Shown here: piece after piece, positions 23,861 through 37,812 of the stretch
Layout of the letters: each line of letters starts with the position of its first letter
Position numbering within the stretch: position 1 is the stretch's first letter
NCBI GenBank assembly: GCA_951406725.2
Contig: OX597826.1
Span: 14,942,001 to 15,006,000, forward strand
Direction: 5' to 3'
From: Octopus vulgaris
Taxonomy: Eukaryota
DNA length: 64,000 nt
The notes under the pieces: generated by a model
Databases searched by the model: none
What the model was told of the DNA's origin: nothing
The model's input: the letters and a program-made list of their open reading frames with translations, nothing else
Program-made: the position numbers and the translations under genes

Positions 23861-23908
23861 TTGGGATTTTGTTTGCAAGATTCTTTATATGAGTTCGTGT
23901 GTTGAAGC

Positions 23909-24100
23909 ATATTCTGTTGTGTCTGGGGAGAGTCATTTTCTTTTTGTGCCTTATTATGTAACACACTCACCGGTAAAATTTCCGCTTTTTTCTTTCTTTA
24001 TATTTTTTAAAAATAAGAAAAAAGTGAAAATTTTACCGGTGAGTGTGTTACATAATAAGGCACAACAAGAAAATGACTCTCCCCAGACACAACAGAATAT
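23909..24100. repeat. Long inverted repeat, arms of about 73 bp
   Basis: ATATTCTGTTGTGTCTGGGGAGAG...CCGGTAAAATTT mirrored by AAATTTTACCGG...CCCCAGACACAACAGAATAT. Confidence 0.9.
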
Positions 24101-24649
24101 ATGTATATACATACTGTGTATGTGCGTGTGTATGTATGTATCTTTGTGTTTGTGCTTACCCACACTCCACTACCACTTGGCTACCAATGCTGGTTGTTTA
24201 GGCGCCCATTACCTAGCGGTTCATCGAGTAGAACTGATAAAATAAGTTCCAGACATAAAAAAAAATTACGTACTGGGATCGATTCATTCGACCAAAGCCT
24301 TCAAGACAGTCAGACCGCAATCCAGTGATTAAAATATGTAAAAGGTAATGTCATATAATGATGTATGCGCGTGTGGGGGTAGGTGGCGGGTGGGGCGTAT
24401 GTTGAATACCACAGAATATAAATTCTTGTTTTGCGTTGATTTATTGTCTGTGATTATTATGGGCTGTGAAGATGTTTGCAAGTGACGTCAGCGCACACTT
24501 GTCGGCCTTAAGCCTATCTCTGGACATTGAAATGAAAAACGAAACATCGCCACGCAATATTTATACTTAAATCATGGGATTCGATGTAGCTACGATGAAT
24601 CAGTGTACCGAGTGAGGTATCTGCATTTGTCAGGTGTTTGTTTCTCTGT

Positions 24650-25017
24650 TTCAATATCTCTTGTCCAAGAGAACTATTGATTCATTTTCCTTCGTCTTAT
24701 TTGGTCGAATGTGAAATTCAGTGCAGCTGACAATTTGCTGGAAGCCAAGAGAAACCGACTTGAAATTACAAAACGTAGCGACTTACGGCTGAAGTTGACG
24801 AAATGGTCTCCTCAACTTAAGGATCTGTGCCGTATGCACCAGGCACAGGGTTCTCACTAAATGAGTTGAGGTACCAATCAGTCAGGTAATTGAATTAAAA
24901 ATCGTGTTTCTATATTAAAAAAAAAGTTGATGGGCACCAGATTATTTGTTATTTAAAAGTGGGGTACTGGAAAATTTATTAAAAGGTGGGGCACCGGAAA
25001 ATGGTTGGGAAACACTG
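24650..25017 (+). pseudogene. 3' end of a hAT (Charlie/Buster-type) transposon
   Basis: Translation KRNRLEITKRSDLRLKLTKWSPQLKDLCRMHQAQGSH-stop; terminus TTGGGAAACACTG. Confidence 0.75.
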
Positions 25018-25029
25018 AGGAAGAAAGCA

Positions 25030-25960
25030 TTTGTGTCTATTACGGTATCAGTGGCCTGATGGAAAGGATTGGCAGCTTTCGCTATAATCCAAACAAAAGG
25101 AGTTGTTCATTGACTCTAGTAAAGCTAGCGTTAAAGCTGTAGTACGACACTTCGGCAATTAAAAATTTTCAACACCTTTAAGACTTGTTACTGGCCTTAA
25201 TGAGACTCATGAGTCAATGGAACTGCTGTTAAGACTCATCAAATATAAGGACCACTTATGAAATATTAGTAGCGACTTCAAAGCTGCATCACTACCTCTT
25301 GGGTTATACAGTTGGGCAACACAAAGCATACATAGTTTTTTGTGTCTATGGAACAGCAGAGATGACAAGAAGGACTGCAAAAAACATGATTCGCTATCTA
25401 GAACTGAACATGTTGTTGGTAAACACAATGTGAAACGTCCGGTACTTATTGAACTTCAAAAAATACATCTTCCACCACTTCAGAATTAAACTTGGTCTTA
25501 TGAAAATTTCGTGAAGGCTATGGGTCATCAGGGTAGTGGTCTTCAGCGTTTAAAGCATAAATTCAAAGGAATATTGGTAGATACTAAACTAAAAGCTGGA
25601 GTTTTCACTAAGCCACAGATTCATCATTTCTATCTAATCTAAATGAAAATAAGCTTAGAGCATGGACATCTTTTGCTGAAGTTGTCAAAATTTTCTTGGA
25701 AACCACAAAGCTGAAAACCACCGTAAACTCGTAGAAGATATGCTTAAATCTTGTGCAAAAATATGATGCAAACTGTCTTTGAAAAGGTATTTTATAAATT
25801 CTCATCTGGACTTCTTCCCGGCCAATCTTGGGGCTGTGAGTAACGAGCACGATGAGTGCTCCCACCAATAGATCTCAGGGAAAACAAATATCATGGTAAT
25901 TTCAACCCAAATATGATTAGAGATTATGTTTGTTTCTACAGTCGCTGAGGAAAAGGAAGA
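25030..25960 (+). pseudogene. Decayed DNA transposase, Chapaev-like (family tentative)
   Basis: Frameshifted motifs FLCLWNSRD, LPPL..IKLGLMK.FVKAM and HLDFFPANLGAVSNEHDE. Confidence 0.6.
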
Positions 25961-26619
25961 GGAAACACCAAAGTTTCATTTAAGAACAAGAAGTTGCCTT
26001 TCGGTAATAATGACAAACTACTGACGCGGTGACTCCGCCAGCAGAATTCCGCTGTCTTAAGCCAGAATCAAGGAGGGAAGACACCTCTGTTCACTAATTA
26101 TCTAAGTATGCTTAACATAAAATGTGGCACGGAAAAGTAGCTTGGCGGGCAAGAAAAAAAAAAAGAAAAAGAAGGGGTTTCGGATACACGTAAGCTGGAC
26201 GTGATAGAGAAATTTAGATATTAGATCTGAAATTAGCATCAGAAATTTGTCAGGAATCAGCAGTGTATGTGTCTGTAACAAAAGAAAAAGCAACAGTTGC
26301 AATTTGTTGCCTAGTGTAACCAAAACATTTTCTCCGTTTATTCCAAGTCAGTTTTTTTCCCTCTACTAATGTCTAATTTGATCATTTTCAATTTTCAAAA
26401 CTTGATGTGGGACAAACTGAATCATGACTAACACCAATAATTTTTTTTTTAATTGCATGATGCGTCAATTATATTAAGAAGAGATCCATTCCAGAAGATC
26501 ATGAAGAAGCCATAGAGAATACTTTTATGCTGTGGTTTTAGATTTAGCCGACATATCATGTGCCATTTTACCGAGATCCTCTTTCGTTTCCCTTAGATAT
26601 TTTAAAGTTTTATTTTTAT

Positions 26620-26965
26620 TCTTTTACTTGTTTCATTCGTTTGACTCCGGCAACGCCGGGTCACGGCCTTGGAGAATTTTAGTCGAACTTATCGACTCCA
26701 GGACTTAATTTTTCGTAAATCCTGGTACTTATTCTATCGGTCTGTTTTGCCGAGCCGCTATGTTACAGGGTCATGAGCAAACCAGCACCCGTTGTCAAGC
26801 ATTGGTGGGGGACAAACACAGATACAAAAACACCACACACACGCGCGCGCGCGCACACGTATATGTAGGACGGGCTTCTTTCAGTTTCCATCTACCAAAC
26901 CCACTCACAAGGCTTTGGTCGGTACGAGATCATAGCAGGAGATACTTGCTCAAGGTGCGACGTAG
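26620..26965 (-). mobile_element. SINE family 2, diverged
   Basis: Matches the 7233-7672 copy (CTTCTTTCAGTTTCC, CCACTCACAAGGCTTTGGTCGG). Confidence 0.7.
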
Positions 26966-27408
26966 AGGATATTGTGTATGAGCCTCTTTGTCCAATGGAG
27001 ATTCTGAAGAATTGAAGACGGAAATTTACTTTATTTTATCGTATTCATTTTATCCTACCTGAATTTCTCTCTTGTATATTCGAAGAGAACGGAGATAATT
27101 TTCTGAAATAGTTTTTTAAAAATATTTTCATTTTTTTTTTTAATGCCCTTTGAAAAGATCATTTGCTTAACTGATATCGCTTTTGTAAGGCATTGAACAT
27201 TGGTAAAAAAAAGATCCATTTTTTGGCAAATTCAGAACAACAGGAATTATCACTCGTTATGTTCCACCCACCAAGCACTAGGGCGATTTGTTCGAGGCGG
27301 TGCCCCAGCATAGCCGCAGTCCTATGACTGAAATAGATAAGAAATTGATGAAAGGCACACATACAAATATATATGTATAGATACTTACATACATATGTGT
27401 ATATGGAT

Positions 27409-27448
<40 letters not shown>

Positions 27449-27637
27449 AGACATTCACATACTTGTGGGAGTGGGTTGTGTACTGGATGTCATGTTCATC
27501 GCACACTTCCGAGGTTAGGCTCCTAATAACCCCGACAAGTACCAACCGGATGAGAGAAGAGATAAATGTGTTTGCGTTTGTATTTACGCGTGTTGCACAC
27601 ATACACGCATATAGACTCGCGTGCACACACATACACA

Positions 27638-27675
<38 letters not shown>

Positions 27676-27746
27676 CACACGCACATGAAATCTATGCGCG
27701 TTTATAGACAGGTGTATCGGTATGTGTGAGTATATGGTTTGGAATA

Positions 27747-27973
27747 TACGAAGTGTTGCTGGAAAGTTCTTAGTTTTAAGCGTGTCCCGAAAAGCCTGGT
27801 TGGAAGTCCAACCTTCGGAGTCCTTCTACAGGGTGTAGAAAAACTGAAGGACCTCTGCGGTAAGTGTATGAATCTGAGAAGGGAATATGTTGGGTAAAAT
27901 CGTTATTAACTGATCCTCTAATCCTCCTGCATTTTCTTTTACTCAAAGCCAAAAACTTTTCAACACCTCTCGC
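27747..27973. mobile_element. Tc1/mariner-type MITE
   Basis: TA-CGAAGTGTTGCTGGAAAGTT versus AACTTTTCAACACCTCTCG imperfect TIRs. Confidence 0.55.
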
Positions 27974-28290
27974 ACATGTTGTATAAATGTGTGTGTGTGT
28001 GTGTGTGTGTGTGCGTGCGCCTGTGTGATGGTAATATCTCGTAGTCCGAGAAAGGCGGTTGCTCAATTTCTTGCTGAGCAACCTGCGCAAATTCTTTGCT
28101 TATAGTGATCAATTGTGTGCGCTGTTCATTACTTCACTCCCTGCTTCAAATCGTCAGGGTGTCTCGAAGCAATTGCAGAGGAACGAGTGAGGAAGTGTTT
28201 TGTTCTAGAACACAACACAGTACCCGGGCCAGGAATTGAAACTGTGATCTGACGATTGTGAATGCATCACCTTAACCACTAAGCTATGTA

Positions 28291-28369
<79 letters not shown>

Positions 28370-28723
28370 GCAAATACACACATATGAACGTATGTTTGGA
28401 TAACTGTGGGTGTAGTTATAAGATTCCTCGTTACCGGGCGTATTTCTATGATGGAGATACTTGGCGATCGTAATATCCTCCGTCTACTTGCAAACCAGCA
28501 TCCACCACCTTCACGCCACCGCAACCTGCAATAAGGGGCCCAGCTCACCGTGCGATTGGGGTATCAGTTTCTGTTGACTTAGGTATGACTTCAAATATGT
28601 GTACGTGATGTTTCTGATGTGAGCTGATGACAAGGGCTTGTTCCGGCTGGTCCTTGACGCGGTGGCTGACGTTCCCTAAACCGTAACCTGTTGTCAAGAA
28701 GCACATGTCACATATTCTAACTC

Positions 28724-28789
<66 letters not shown>

Positions 28790-28819
28790 CAGCAGCAGTA
28801 GCAGCAGCATCAGCGGCAA

Positions 28820-28892
<73 letters not shown>

Positions 28893-29081
28893 GGTGGTGG
28901 TGGTGGCAGTAGTAGTAGTGGTGGTGGTGGTGGTGGTGGTGGTTATGGTGGTGGCAGTAGTAGTAGTAGTAGTGGTAGTGGTGGTGGTGGTGGTGGTGAT
29001 GGTGGTGGTGGTGGTGATGGTGGTGGTGGTGGTGGTGATGGTGGTAGTGGTGGTGGTGATGGTGGTGGTGGTGGTAGAGGC

Positions 29082-29132
<51 letters not shown>
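28724..29132. repeat. (GTA)n/(GTG)n compound trinucleotide microsatellite
   Basis: Read directly; source of the poly-Val ORF. Confidence 0.95.
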
Positions 29133-29506
29133 TAGGATTGTTGTGGTTGTAGTTTAACCCCTGGTTGACACTTATTGCGCACGAGTCCCATCCGTGTCCT
29201 TTTCATCTTATTTTCAAGCATAGTGTACCTGGGACTACATTATCACATGTATCAGTCAGGTCATCTATGATCAAAGGTTTCCTGCAACGACAGCTCGGAC
29301 TTTTCAATTGTCTCTGATACATCATTATCTAAGTTGTTCTTTCTGTTTAAAGATAGTAGTGAGCATATCGGTGTGTAGGATAACTCTTCGTCTCACAACG
29401 AGGACAAAAAGCCCCTAGAAACCCCACCCCCTAGGGAAAAAAACCCGAGGAAAAAAAACATTCAATTTTCAATCAGCATTTTTATTTTTATTATTTGTAG
29501 CTTCTA

Positions 29507-30140
29507 AGGCGGCGAGCTGGCAGAACCGTTAGCACGCCGGGCGAAATGCTTAGCGTTACGTTCTGAGTTCAAATTCCGCCGAGGTAGACTTTGCCTTTCA
29601 TCCTTTCGGGGTCGATAAATTAAGTACCAGTTACGCACTAGGGTCGATCTAATCGATTTAATCCCCTTGTTTGTCCCCTCTGCGTTTAGCCCCTTGTGAG
29701 CAATAAAGAAATAAGAAACGTTAGCACGCCGGGCGAAATGCTTTGCGGAGTTTCGTCTGTCGTTACGTTCTGAGTTCAAATTCGGACGAGGTCGACTTTG
29801 CCTTTCATCCTTTCGGGGTCGTTAAATTAAGTACCAGTTGCGTACTGGGGTCGATCTGATCGACTGCATCCTCCCCCAAAATTTCGGGCCTTGTGCCTAG
29901 AGCAGAAAAGATTATTCGTAGCTTATTTTAAGGCAGAATCATTAGCACGCTGGGCAAAATGCTTAGCGGTCTCATTTCGTCCGAATTGATGATCTGAGTT
30001 CAAATTCTGCCGAGGTCAACTTTACCTTTCATCCCTTCGAGTGCGATAGATTAAGTGTCTGCGAAACACTGAGGTCGATGTAATCGTCCAGTCCCCTACT
30101 CAACAAAATTTCAAGTCTTGTGCCTATAGTAGAATAGATT
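29507..30140 (+). mobile_element. Cluster of three tandem SINE family 1 units
   Basis: Repeated TTAGCACGC..GGCGAAATGC / GAGTTCAAATTC / CCTTTCATCC blocks. Confidence 0.8.
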
Positions 30141-31546
30141 ATTTGTAATTCATGAGATGTAAAATATTATATTAATTATGTAGTAACCTCAATCAGAAAA
30201 ATGAGCATAATAAAAAAAAAAGAACATCATACCGTACCTTTGAAAAAAATTAAAACAAACACATGATTAAAAAAACCTCATTAAGTTTTGAGGTTCATTT
30301 AGAGTTCATTCTACTGCAACGTGATGCGGTGCTCTACGCCACTCAGAAATTCTTCCATAGTCTTCCTCGCATTCATGTAGTCCAGACGGGGCTCCTGTCC
30401 TAGGTGGGGGTTTGTCCGGATCCCTAGTGAATCTAGGGGGGTATAGCTGCTGTTTCTAACAAGTCAAACGACTGCAAAGAAGCGCCCTCGTTGGATTCTT
30501 TTGAAAGGGGTTTCTATTCCAAGATATCGACAATCTGAAGTTGTTACCATACTTCAACTATTTACTGTTGTTCGGTGGGGGTGGGCGTCTCCACATGTGG
30601 ATTGTCTTACTTCTGAAGGAACAACTCAAAGTAAATAAAGAAGTGAAACAAAGACAAACAATAACTAAAATCATGGATGGGACTGGGATGACGGCGGTGA
30701 TGATATTGTTGTTGCTCTTGTTGATGTAGATGGTGGTGGTGGTGGTAGTGGTGGTTCTGGTGGCGGCGGCGGCGGCGGTGGCGGTGGTGGTGGTGGTGGT
30801 GGTGGTTGTCCAGGTGGTGGCCTTGGTGGTAATGTTGTTATTGCTGCTACCGCTCGTAGTGGTGTTGGTTGTTTTTTGCTGTGGTGGTAGTCGTGGTGGG
30901 GTTGTTTGAGAGGCTGGTGGTGTTGGGACTGATGATGGTGATGAAGTTAAAATCCAGAATTGGTGGAAACTGATGTTTGTATAAAGGAAAGAATGTGGTT
31001 GGTGGCGGTGGTGGTGGTGGTGGTGTTGGTGGTGATGACGGCAGCGGTGTGTTGGTGATGGTGTTGATGGCGGTGTGTGTATGTGTGTGGCCGTATATAG
31101 CGACGGTGATGTGCGTGTGGTGTGTAAACAGATAACTCGGGAAAGGGCACGCACGTGGCTAGATGGTTACTAGTGGTAAGGAGGATGACAATAGTCTGGA
31201 GGGTATGGCACGCATGTCAATATATATTTATAGGTGCGTGGCATTGTCTATAGGTGTGTGAATGGTCGTGCATGTGCGTTTATATATATAAGTGCGTATA
31301 TATGGGTGTGTATGTGTGAGGGCCTATTCTCACATATATGTGTCTGTAATACACAGATACACCTGTTTATAGATTAGGGTGTGTATCAATCGGCAGGTAT
31401 GCATGAATATTTATCAGTAGAAAGAACAACTTAAAGGTGTGTAGCTTCTTTTTTCTCTTTTTGTTGTCTCTTTACGGGTTCCAACGCGCGGGCACGCACA
31501 AGAATGAGAAAAGAGGAGAGGAGGAAAGAGAGGGACAGAAAGAGAA

Positions 31547-31594
<48 letters not shown>

Positions 31595-31783
31595 CGTGTG
31601 TGTTTGTGTATGTCTGTTGGTAGTAATATAGTTTTTTAAAGTTAGACAATGTGGATGAGGTACACATCGAAAATTTGTGTGCAATGCAAATATAGAAAAA
31701 ACTACTGGGAAACGAATACTGTTTTACCTTCTCAATAAAGAGGTGATGAATTATTCTGTAATATTAATTGTGGAACATTATTA

Positions 31784-32219
31784 GGATCTTTTCGGTTTGA
31801 ACGGCAGTTTTTAACATAATTTCTAGGTAACTAAAAAAATTTTAACCTTCGTATACTGGTAGAATGTGTTTATAAAACATCTTTTTCTCTTGGCTTTATT
31901 GAGAAAATTCTATTGTTTGTAAGATATTTGTTGTTGTTTTTTCTTCAATTTCTGCAATTTCAACCAATCAATGACGTCCATTGTGGCAAAAAAAACATTT
32001 TGTGCCATATGAATATGTCCCTCGTTTACGAAACAGATTGGGTTTATTTACATTTGTGAAGAAAGAAAGATACCCTTCCCCCCCAGCCCTAACCCCAACC
32101 CTAACTAACCCTAACCCTAAAACAGATTGAAATGCAATAGATCGATACTAGGGTCATAATTATGGGTGACAATTTCATGACACCGCTAGAAAAAACTGCC
32201 GTTCAAACCGAAAAGATCC
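31784..32219. mobile_element. Merlin-like MITE, family B, copy 1
   Basis: TIR GGATCTTTTCGGTTTGAACGGCAGTTTT; 8-bp TSD CATTATTA/CCTTATTA; internal CCCTAA repeats. Confidence 0.85.
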
Positions 32220-32522
32220 CCTTATTAGTCTAGCTGACACCTTATATCAGGGATTCTCAATCATTTTTATTTATGCATTTCGTTGATTACTATTTTATCT
32301 TGTGTGGATCCCCGTAGCCATTCGACGTTTAAAAACTGGTTTTATAGTAATTTCTTTCAAAATTCCTATTTTGATTTTCACACATTAACTTTTGTAGGTT
32401 GAACTATGTAAGGATCTCATTTTTTTCATTCGCAAAATCAGCCCCCTTTAATTTTGCTCAGATTGCTTTCAATTTTGGTGTATCGAAGCAACTCTGAATT
32501 TTGATTACGATCAACCAATTAC

Positions 32523-32941
32523 GGATCTTTTCGGTTTGAACGGCAGTTTTTTCTAGCGGTGTCATATGAAATTGTCACCCATAATTATGACCCTAGTATC
32601 GATCTATTGCATTTCAATCTGTTTTGAGGGTTAGGGTTAGGGGTGGGGGGAAGGGTATCTTTTTTTCTTCACAAATGTAAATAAACCCAATCTGTTTCTT
32701 AAACGAGGGACATATTGATACGGCACAGAATGTTTTTTTTCTCAATAGACGTCATTGATTGGTTGAAATTGCAGAAATTGAAGAAAAAAACCCCAAATAT
32801 CTTACAAACTATAGAATTTTGTCAATAAAGCCAAGAGAAAAAGATGTTTTATAAACACATTCTACCAGTATACGGAGTTTAAAAGTGTTTAGTTGCGTGG
32901 AAATTATTAAAAAAAAACTGCCGTTCAAACCGAAAAGATCC
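32523..32941. mobile_element. Merlin-like MITE, family B, copy 2 (inverted relative to copy 1)
   Basis: Same TIR; perfect 8-bp TSD CCAATTAC. Confidence 0.9.
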
Positions 32942-33433
32942 CCAATTACTTTATCTCGTAAATTAAAGAACCCGATGGTATTCGAAATTAAAGTTGAGAA
33001 ATTTGGGTAATTTTAGCCAATCAACAAACAGCGAGGCATTAACAGCTTGTTACCTTGGGAACTACACATTGTGTTGTGTTTCACCTGCATGTTGTGTTGA
33101 TTCTTCACACCGTCAGATTTACTTCACTCGCGTGTTTTGTTTTAATAGGTATTTGTATTTATCAATTAGAATTTTATTATAGAAATTTTTCATCAACTGT
33201 CTTAATATTTTTCATATATAAGAGAAGTTGTTTGCGATGTTTATACAGTTTCTTGGCATTATGAAGGTGAATGGAATATGTGAACTTAGTACAGATAATT
33301 TGACATTATTTTTGAAGTCTGTTTGCAAAAACATATAAAATACAAACTCTTTGTTGACCAGTGTTATTCTTATCGTAGTTTACAAATCCAAACATGAAAA
33401 CGTTATTCAACTTTATTTAAGTTTTGGAGACAG

Positions 33434-33511
<78 letters not shown>

Positions 33512-34029
33512 ACATGTACTTATATATTAATGATGCACACAAATACATGACATGTATGCATAATATTGAAAAACGCATAAAGTAAACACATGTAGACAAA
33601 TATATTAATATAACGAATTAAAGAAAAAACATTCAATCAATGAAGAGACAAAGGAAACACTAAGATGATAAATGTTGATTTTATTAGCTATTTTTGTTTA
33701 TTTAGAAACTTAAAATGAAGTCATTTTACTGACGTTAAACTATAAATTTCACAGGGTACAACTTTAAAGTCGACACCACTGCGCTAAACGTGGAAAATTT
33801 CTGTTTCGCTATTGGCTAAAAATACATAGTTTTTTTCGATCTTAAAACCTCTGTAACCTTTTTCCTCACAACATCATACCTTCATAGCAATTAGACTGGA
33901 ACACTATATTATTATAGCCGATTTTCAGATTTTTTACTGTCTATTAAAAAATGCATATTTTGCGGATGAAAAAACTAGATCTCTACGTAAAATGCAAATA
34001 ATACTAATAAATATAATTATAATAATAAT

Positions 34030-36122
34030 AGAGACCTAGAGCACCATACTGCCAGCGCAGGACCAAGCGCTGGCCAAGAAAAGAACAAACAGAAGATAAA
34101 GAACCATACTGGCGTAGACGAATTTGTGAGGAACTGACATTTAGGACAAGTTAACGGATTGAGAAGAGGGGATTTGCAGAACGAATGCATAAGAATAATG
34201 CTGGAAAGAACAAATAGAATAAGACAGAAAGGTAATGATGTGAGATTGGAAGAATTGAAACAAAGCGTAGGAGCAATCAAAGCAAAACTGGAAAGAAATG
34301 ACAATAGAAAATGAAAGTTCAGGCGAAACAGATTATTTGAAGCAAATCAGAAGAAGCTGTTTCACGAACTAGATGGGCAAATACACGTAACAATGATACC
34401 AGATGCAGAGGAAAGCAAGGCATTCTGGGGAGGGACCTGGGACTAACCTGTAGAGCATAATGATTAAGCGGAGTGGCTGCATGAAATCCAAGATAGGTTA
34501 AGAAGTATAGAAGTCCAAGAAGACATAAAGATATGTACAGAAATGATTTTAAAAAGCAGTTAAAAAACTGCCCAAATTTGAAGAGCCCAGGACTGGATGG
34601 GGTTCAAGGGTATTGGATGAAGAAGCTGAGAGGGTTCCATGAAAAGATAGCACAACAGCTAGATGAGTGCTTGCAGGAAGGCGCAGTGCCCAGCTGGATG
34701 ACAAAGGGAAAGACATTATTATGTCAAGGATCCTGAAAAGGGAAATGTTGCGCCCAGCTTAAAACTAATAACATGGCTTTCGCTACATTGGAAACTAATG
34801 TCAGGTGCTTTGGCCGGCGAACTGTACAGATACTTGGGAAAATGTGAGCTGCTACTCATTAAACAGAAAGGATGCCGAAAATGGAGCTAGGGAACGAAGG
34901 ATCAGCTGTTAATTGAGGATTTAATTATCAGGAACTGCAAAAGAAGACATAAAAATCTGAGCATGGCATGGGTTGACTATTGCAAAACATAAGTTATGAT
35001 ATCACACTCCTGGATAATAATAACAATGGAAATGTGCGGAATAGCAGAGAATATGAGAAGCCTTATAGGGAATAGCATGAAGTGCTGGAGAATGGAATTG
35101 ACAGCAGGGAAGCAAATATTAGGAGAGGCGAAAATCAAGAGAGGAATCTTCTAAGGAGACAGTGTGTCCCCACTGATATTCGTGCTGGAAATGATCTCCT
35201 TGAGTGAAATGCTACAGAAAACAAAGTTGGGGTATGGTCTGGGAAGAGGTAAGGGAAAACTAAACGACTTGCTATTCATGGACGACCTGAAGCTATTCAC
35301 AAAATTTGAGGCAGAACTGAGGCAAAAACTGAACCTAGTCCAGTCTGTGTGGATTTTCACCAATGATGTTAAAATGGAGTTTGGACTCTCAAAATGTGCT
35401 ACGATGGTGATTAGACGAGGAAAACTTGCCAGGACAGAAGTAACATTATTACCAAGTAGTGAAATGATGTAGGCAATTCAACTTCAATCCAGATATAAAT
35501 ACCTGGGAATACTTGAGACAGATGGAATCAAACACAACGACATGAAGGAAAAGACAAAAAGAGAGTACCTTCGGCGAGTGAAAAAAATATTGGCTTCAAA
35601 GCTGAATGCCAGAAACATAATTTCAGCTATAAACTCGCGCCCAATCGCAGTAGTTCGTTATGACGCTAGAATCTTGAAGTGGATGGAACAGGAGCTAAAG
35701 GAGATGGACAGGAAGTCAAGAAAGCTCATAACAATGCATGGAGCCCATCACCCACGTGCAGACACTGATTGCCTATACAGGAAGAGAGAAATGGAGGAAG
35801 GGGACTGATAAGTGTGGATGACTGCATGCGTATCGAACTCGAGAGTATAATGAGATACCTACCCCAAAGTAAGGAAACCTTGGTAGTGACAGTTAGGAAA
35901 AAGGAATATTGGAAGCAGAGAAAAATTGGGAGAACAAAGGAAAAAGTACAAAAAGAACATGAAAAAGAATTACAAAAGGAGGGACTACACAATCAATTCT
36001 ATGTAGTCACAACAGAAGTTGTTGGAAAAGGTAGGTGGTATTGGTTGATGAAAGGAACCCTAAAAAAAGAAACCAAGAGCACTATACTGGTAGTGCAGGA
36101 CCAAGCAGTGGCCACGAACTGA
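34030..36122 (+). pseudogene. Decayed R4/Dong-like non-LTR retrotransposon (RT region)
   Basis: ORF fragments KSPGLDGVQGYWMKK, LLFMDDLKLF, EYLRRVKKILASKLNARNIISAINS, GGRGLISV and QDQAVATN; 5' edge abuts (TAA)n. Confidence 0.8.
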
Positions 36123-36644
36123 CCTATTTAGATTTCCCAATCCAAATAGATTGGAATAGAATACTCAGTACAAATGTTACAAAATGTTTGCCTCCTTGGT
36201 ACGGCCAGAATAATCAGGTAAGTATTAAGTAGCTGAAAAGAACGAACAGCATAGTACTGTAGGTTGCAGGTAGCAAGCTCGCTACGCATGCAAGACTCCA
36301 GGAGCACCAACAAAACCTGTGATAAAGAGAAAATAATATTAACAATAATATTAATTGAGGGTATAAACCCAAAATAAATGAAATACCTCTGAGTAAACAA
36401 TGTACTCCTGACAGTACTTGTGAAGTCATTCGTGAATTTCATCACACACAACATGGACAAAATTTCTTCTTAAGAAAAAATATACATTCAAATAAGTAAA
36501 ACATAATATCATGAATAGCGATAGCGAAACCGGTCGATATATTAAAAATTATATTAAGACTATGTAAGTGTGAATATGTTCCTTTTTAAATTTCTTATCA
36601 ACATTACAACTCACCGCGTGGGGATAATCGAAATTCCTCTTTTC

Positions 36645-36690
<46 letters not shown>

Positions 36691-37157
36691 GTAATGAATA
36701 AAATATATGCATACATACAAACATATATGTACGTGCCTACATCTACATGTATATATACATGCATATATAAATATATATACACGTGAGTACAGGACACCAC
36801 AACTAGACGTAGAACTCAACGAGAAACGAAAACGGAAAAGCCGTTTTTTTACAACAGGAAAAACAGAGTACAGGACATACTACACAAGGAAAAATCCCCT
36901 TCATTTCTCGTTGAGTTTAAAAAGGGTTAGATCGGTTCCTGGATTAGAGATATAAAACCCCTTTGTCGTCTTCAATGTAATATATTCCATGGTACATAAA
37001 TGCAAGTATTTATACACACCCATACGAATAATACATATCGAATTTGGTCGGCAGGACACTATAGAAGAAGCTACTTGAACAAAGTGCAACGCAGTGGGAC
37101 TGAACTCGGAACCATGTGGTTGGGAAGCAAGCTTCCTACCACATAGCTACGCCTGCG

Positions 37158-37198
<41 letters not shown>

Positions 37199-37280
37199 GA
37201 ACATGCACACACACACACACATACATACATACACATGTGTGAATGTATTTGTGAGAGCGTATATATATATATATATATAT

Positions 37281-37812
37281 ATTCAACAACAATTGAGGAA
37301 TGGCCTTAATAGGCCTTAATTTTTTGCTACCCTATATTGATTAATTGATGATTTTCTGACTAATTTTGAAATTGAATCATCAGTTTATATCTACTGCTGA
37401 TAAATTGGCGCGAGTACGATGGTTTTGAAAATTTTAGGGCAGATATTCCTAGGGCATAGATGCAAATGCCTCGTGTATATCCGTCTCTCCTGGCCTCTTT
37501 ACCGACGAGGTGTAGCCTTTGGTGGATTGACTTAATTTAATTTAATTAAGCTGGTTTGCCATTAAAAACACCGAAACAATGCATCGTCTAAAGATGATTT
37601 AGAGTAAATGTTTTTAAGTTTTCTCTAATTTCTGAATTACTACTACTTGGCGGTTTGAGTCCTGGCTGCTCTTTCTAGTGGGTCGAATGGCCTATTAAGG
37701 CCATTCCTCAATTGTTGTTGAATTTATATATAGTCTTTGACTATTTTCTCTTTCTCACTAGACCGCTGGTGGCGATAAATTTCTATTGAATTTTTTGCTA
37801 CCCTATATTGAT

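Noticed and set aside
28705-29157. Poly-Val ORF
   Set aside because: Trinucleotide microsatellite
30558-31154. 198-aa His/Thr/Ala-rich minus-strand ORF resembling a transcription-factor N-terminus
   Set aside because: Built from ACC/GCC repeats, non-ATG start, no hexapeptide or domain; it lies downstream of the Cdx stop so cannot be a Cdx exon
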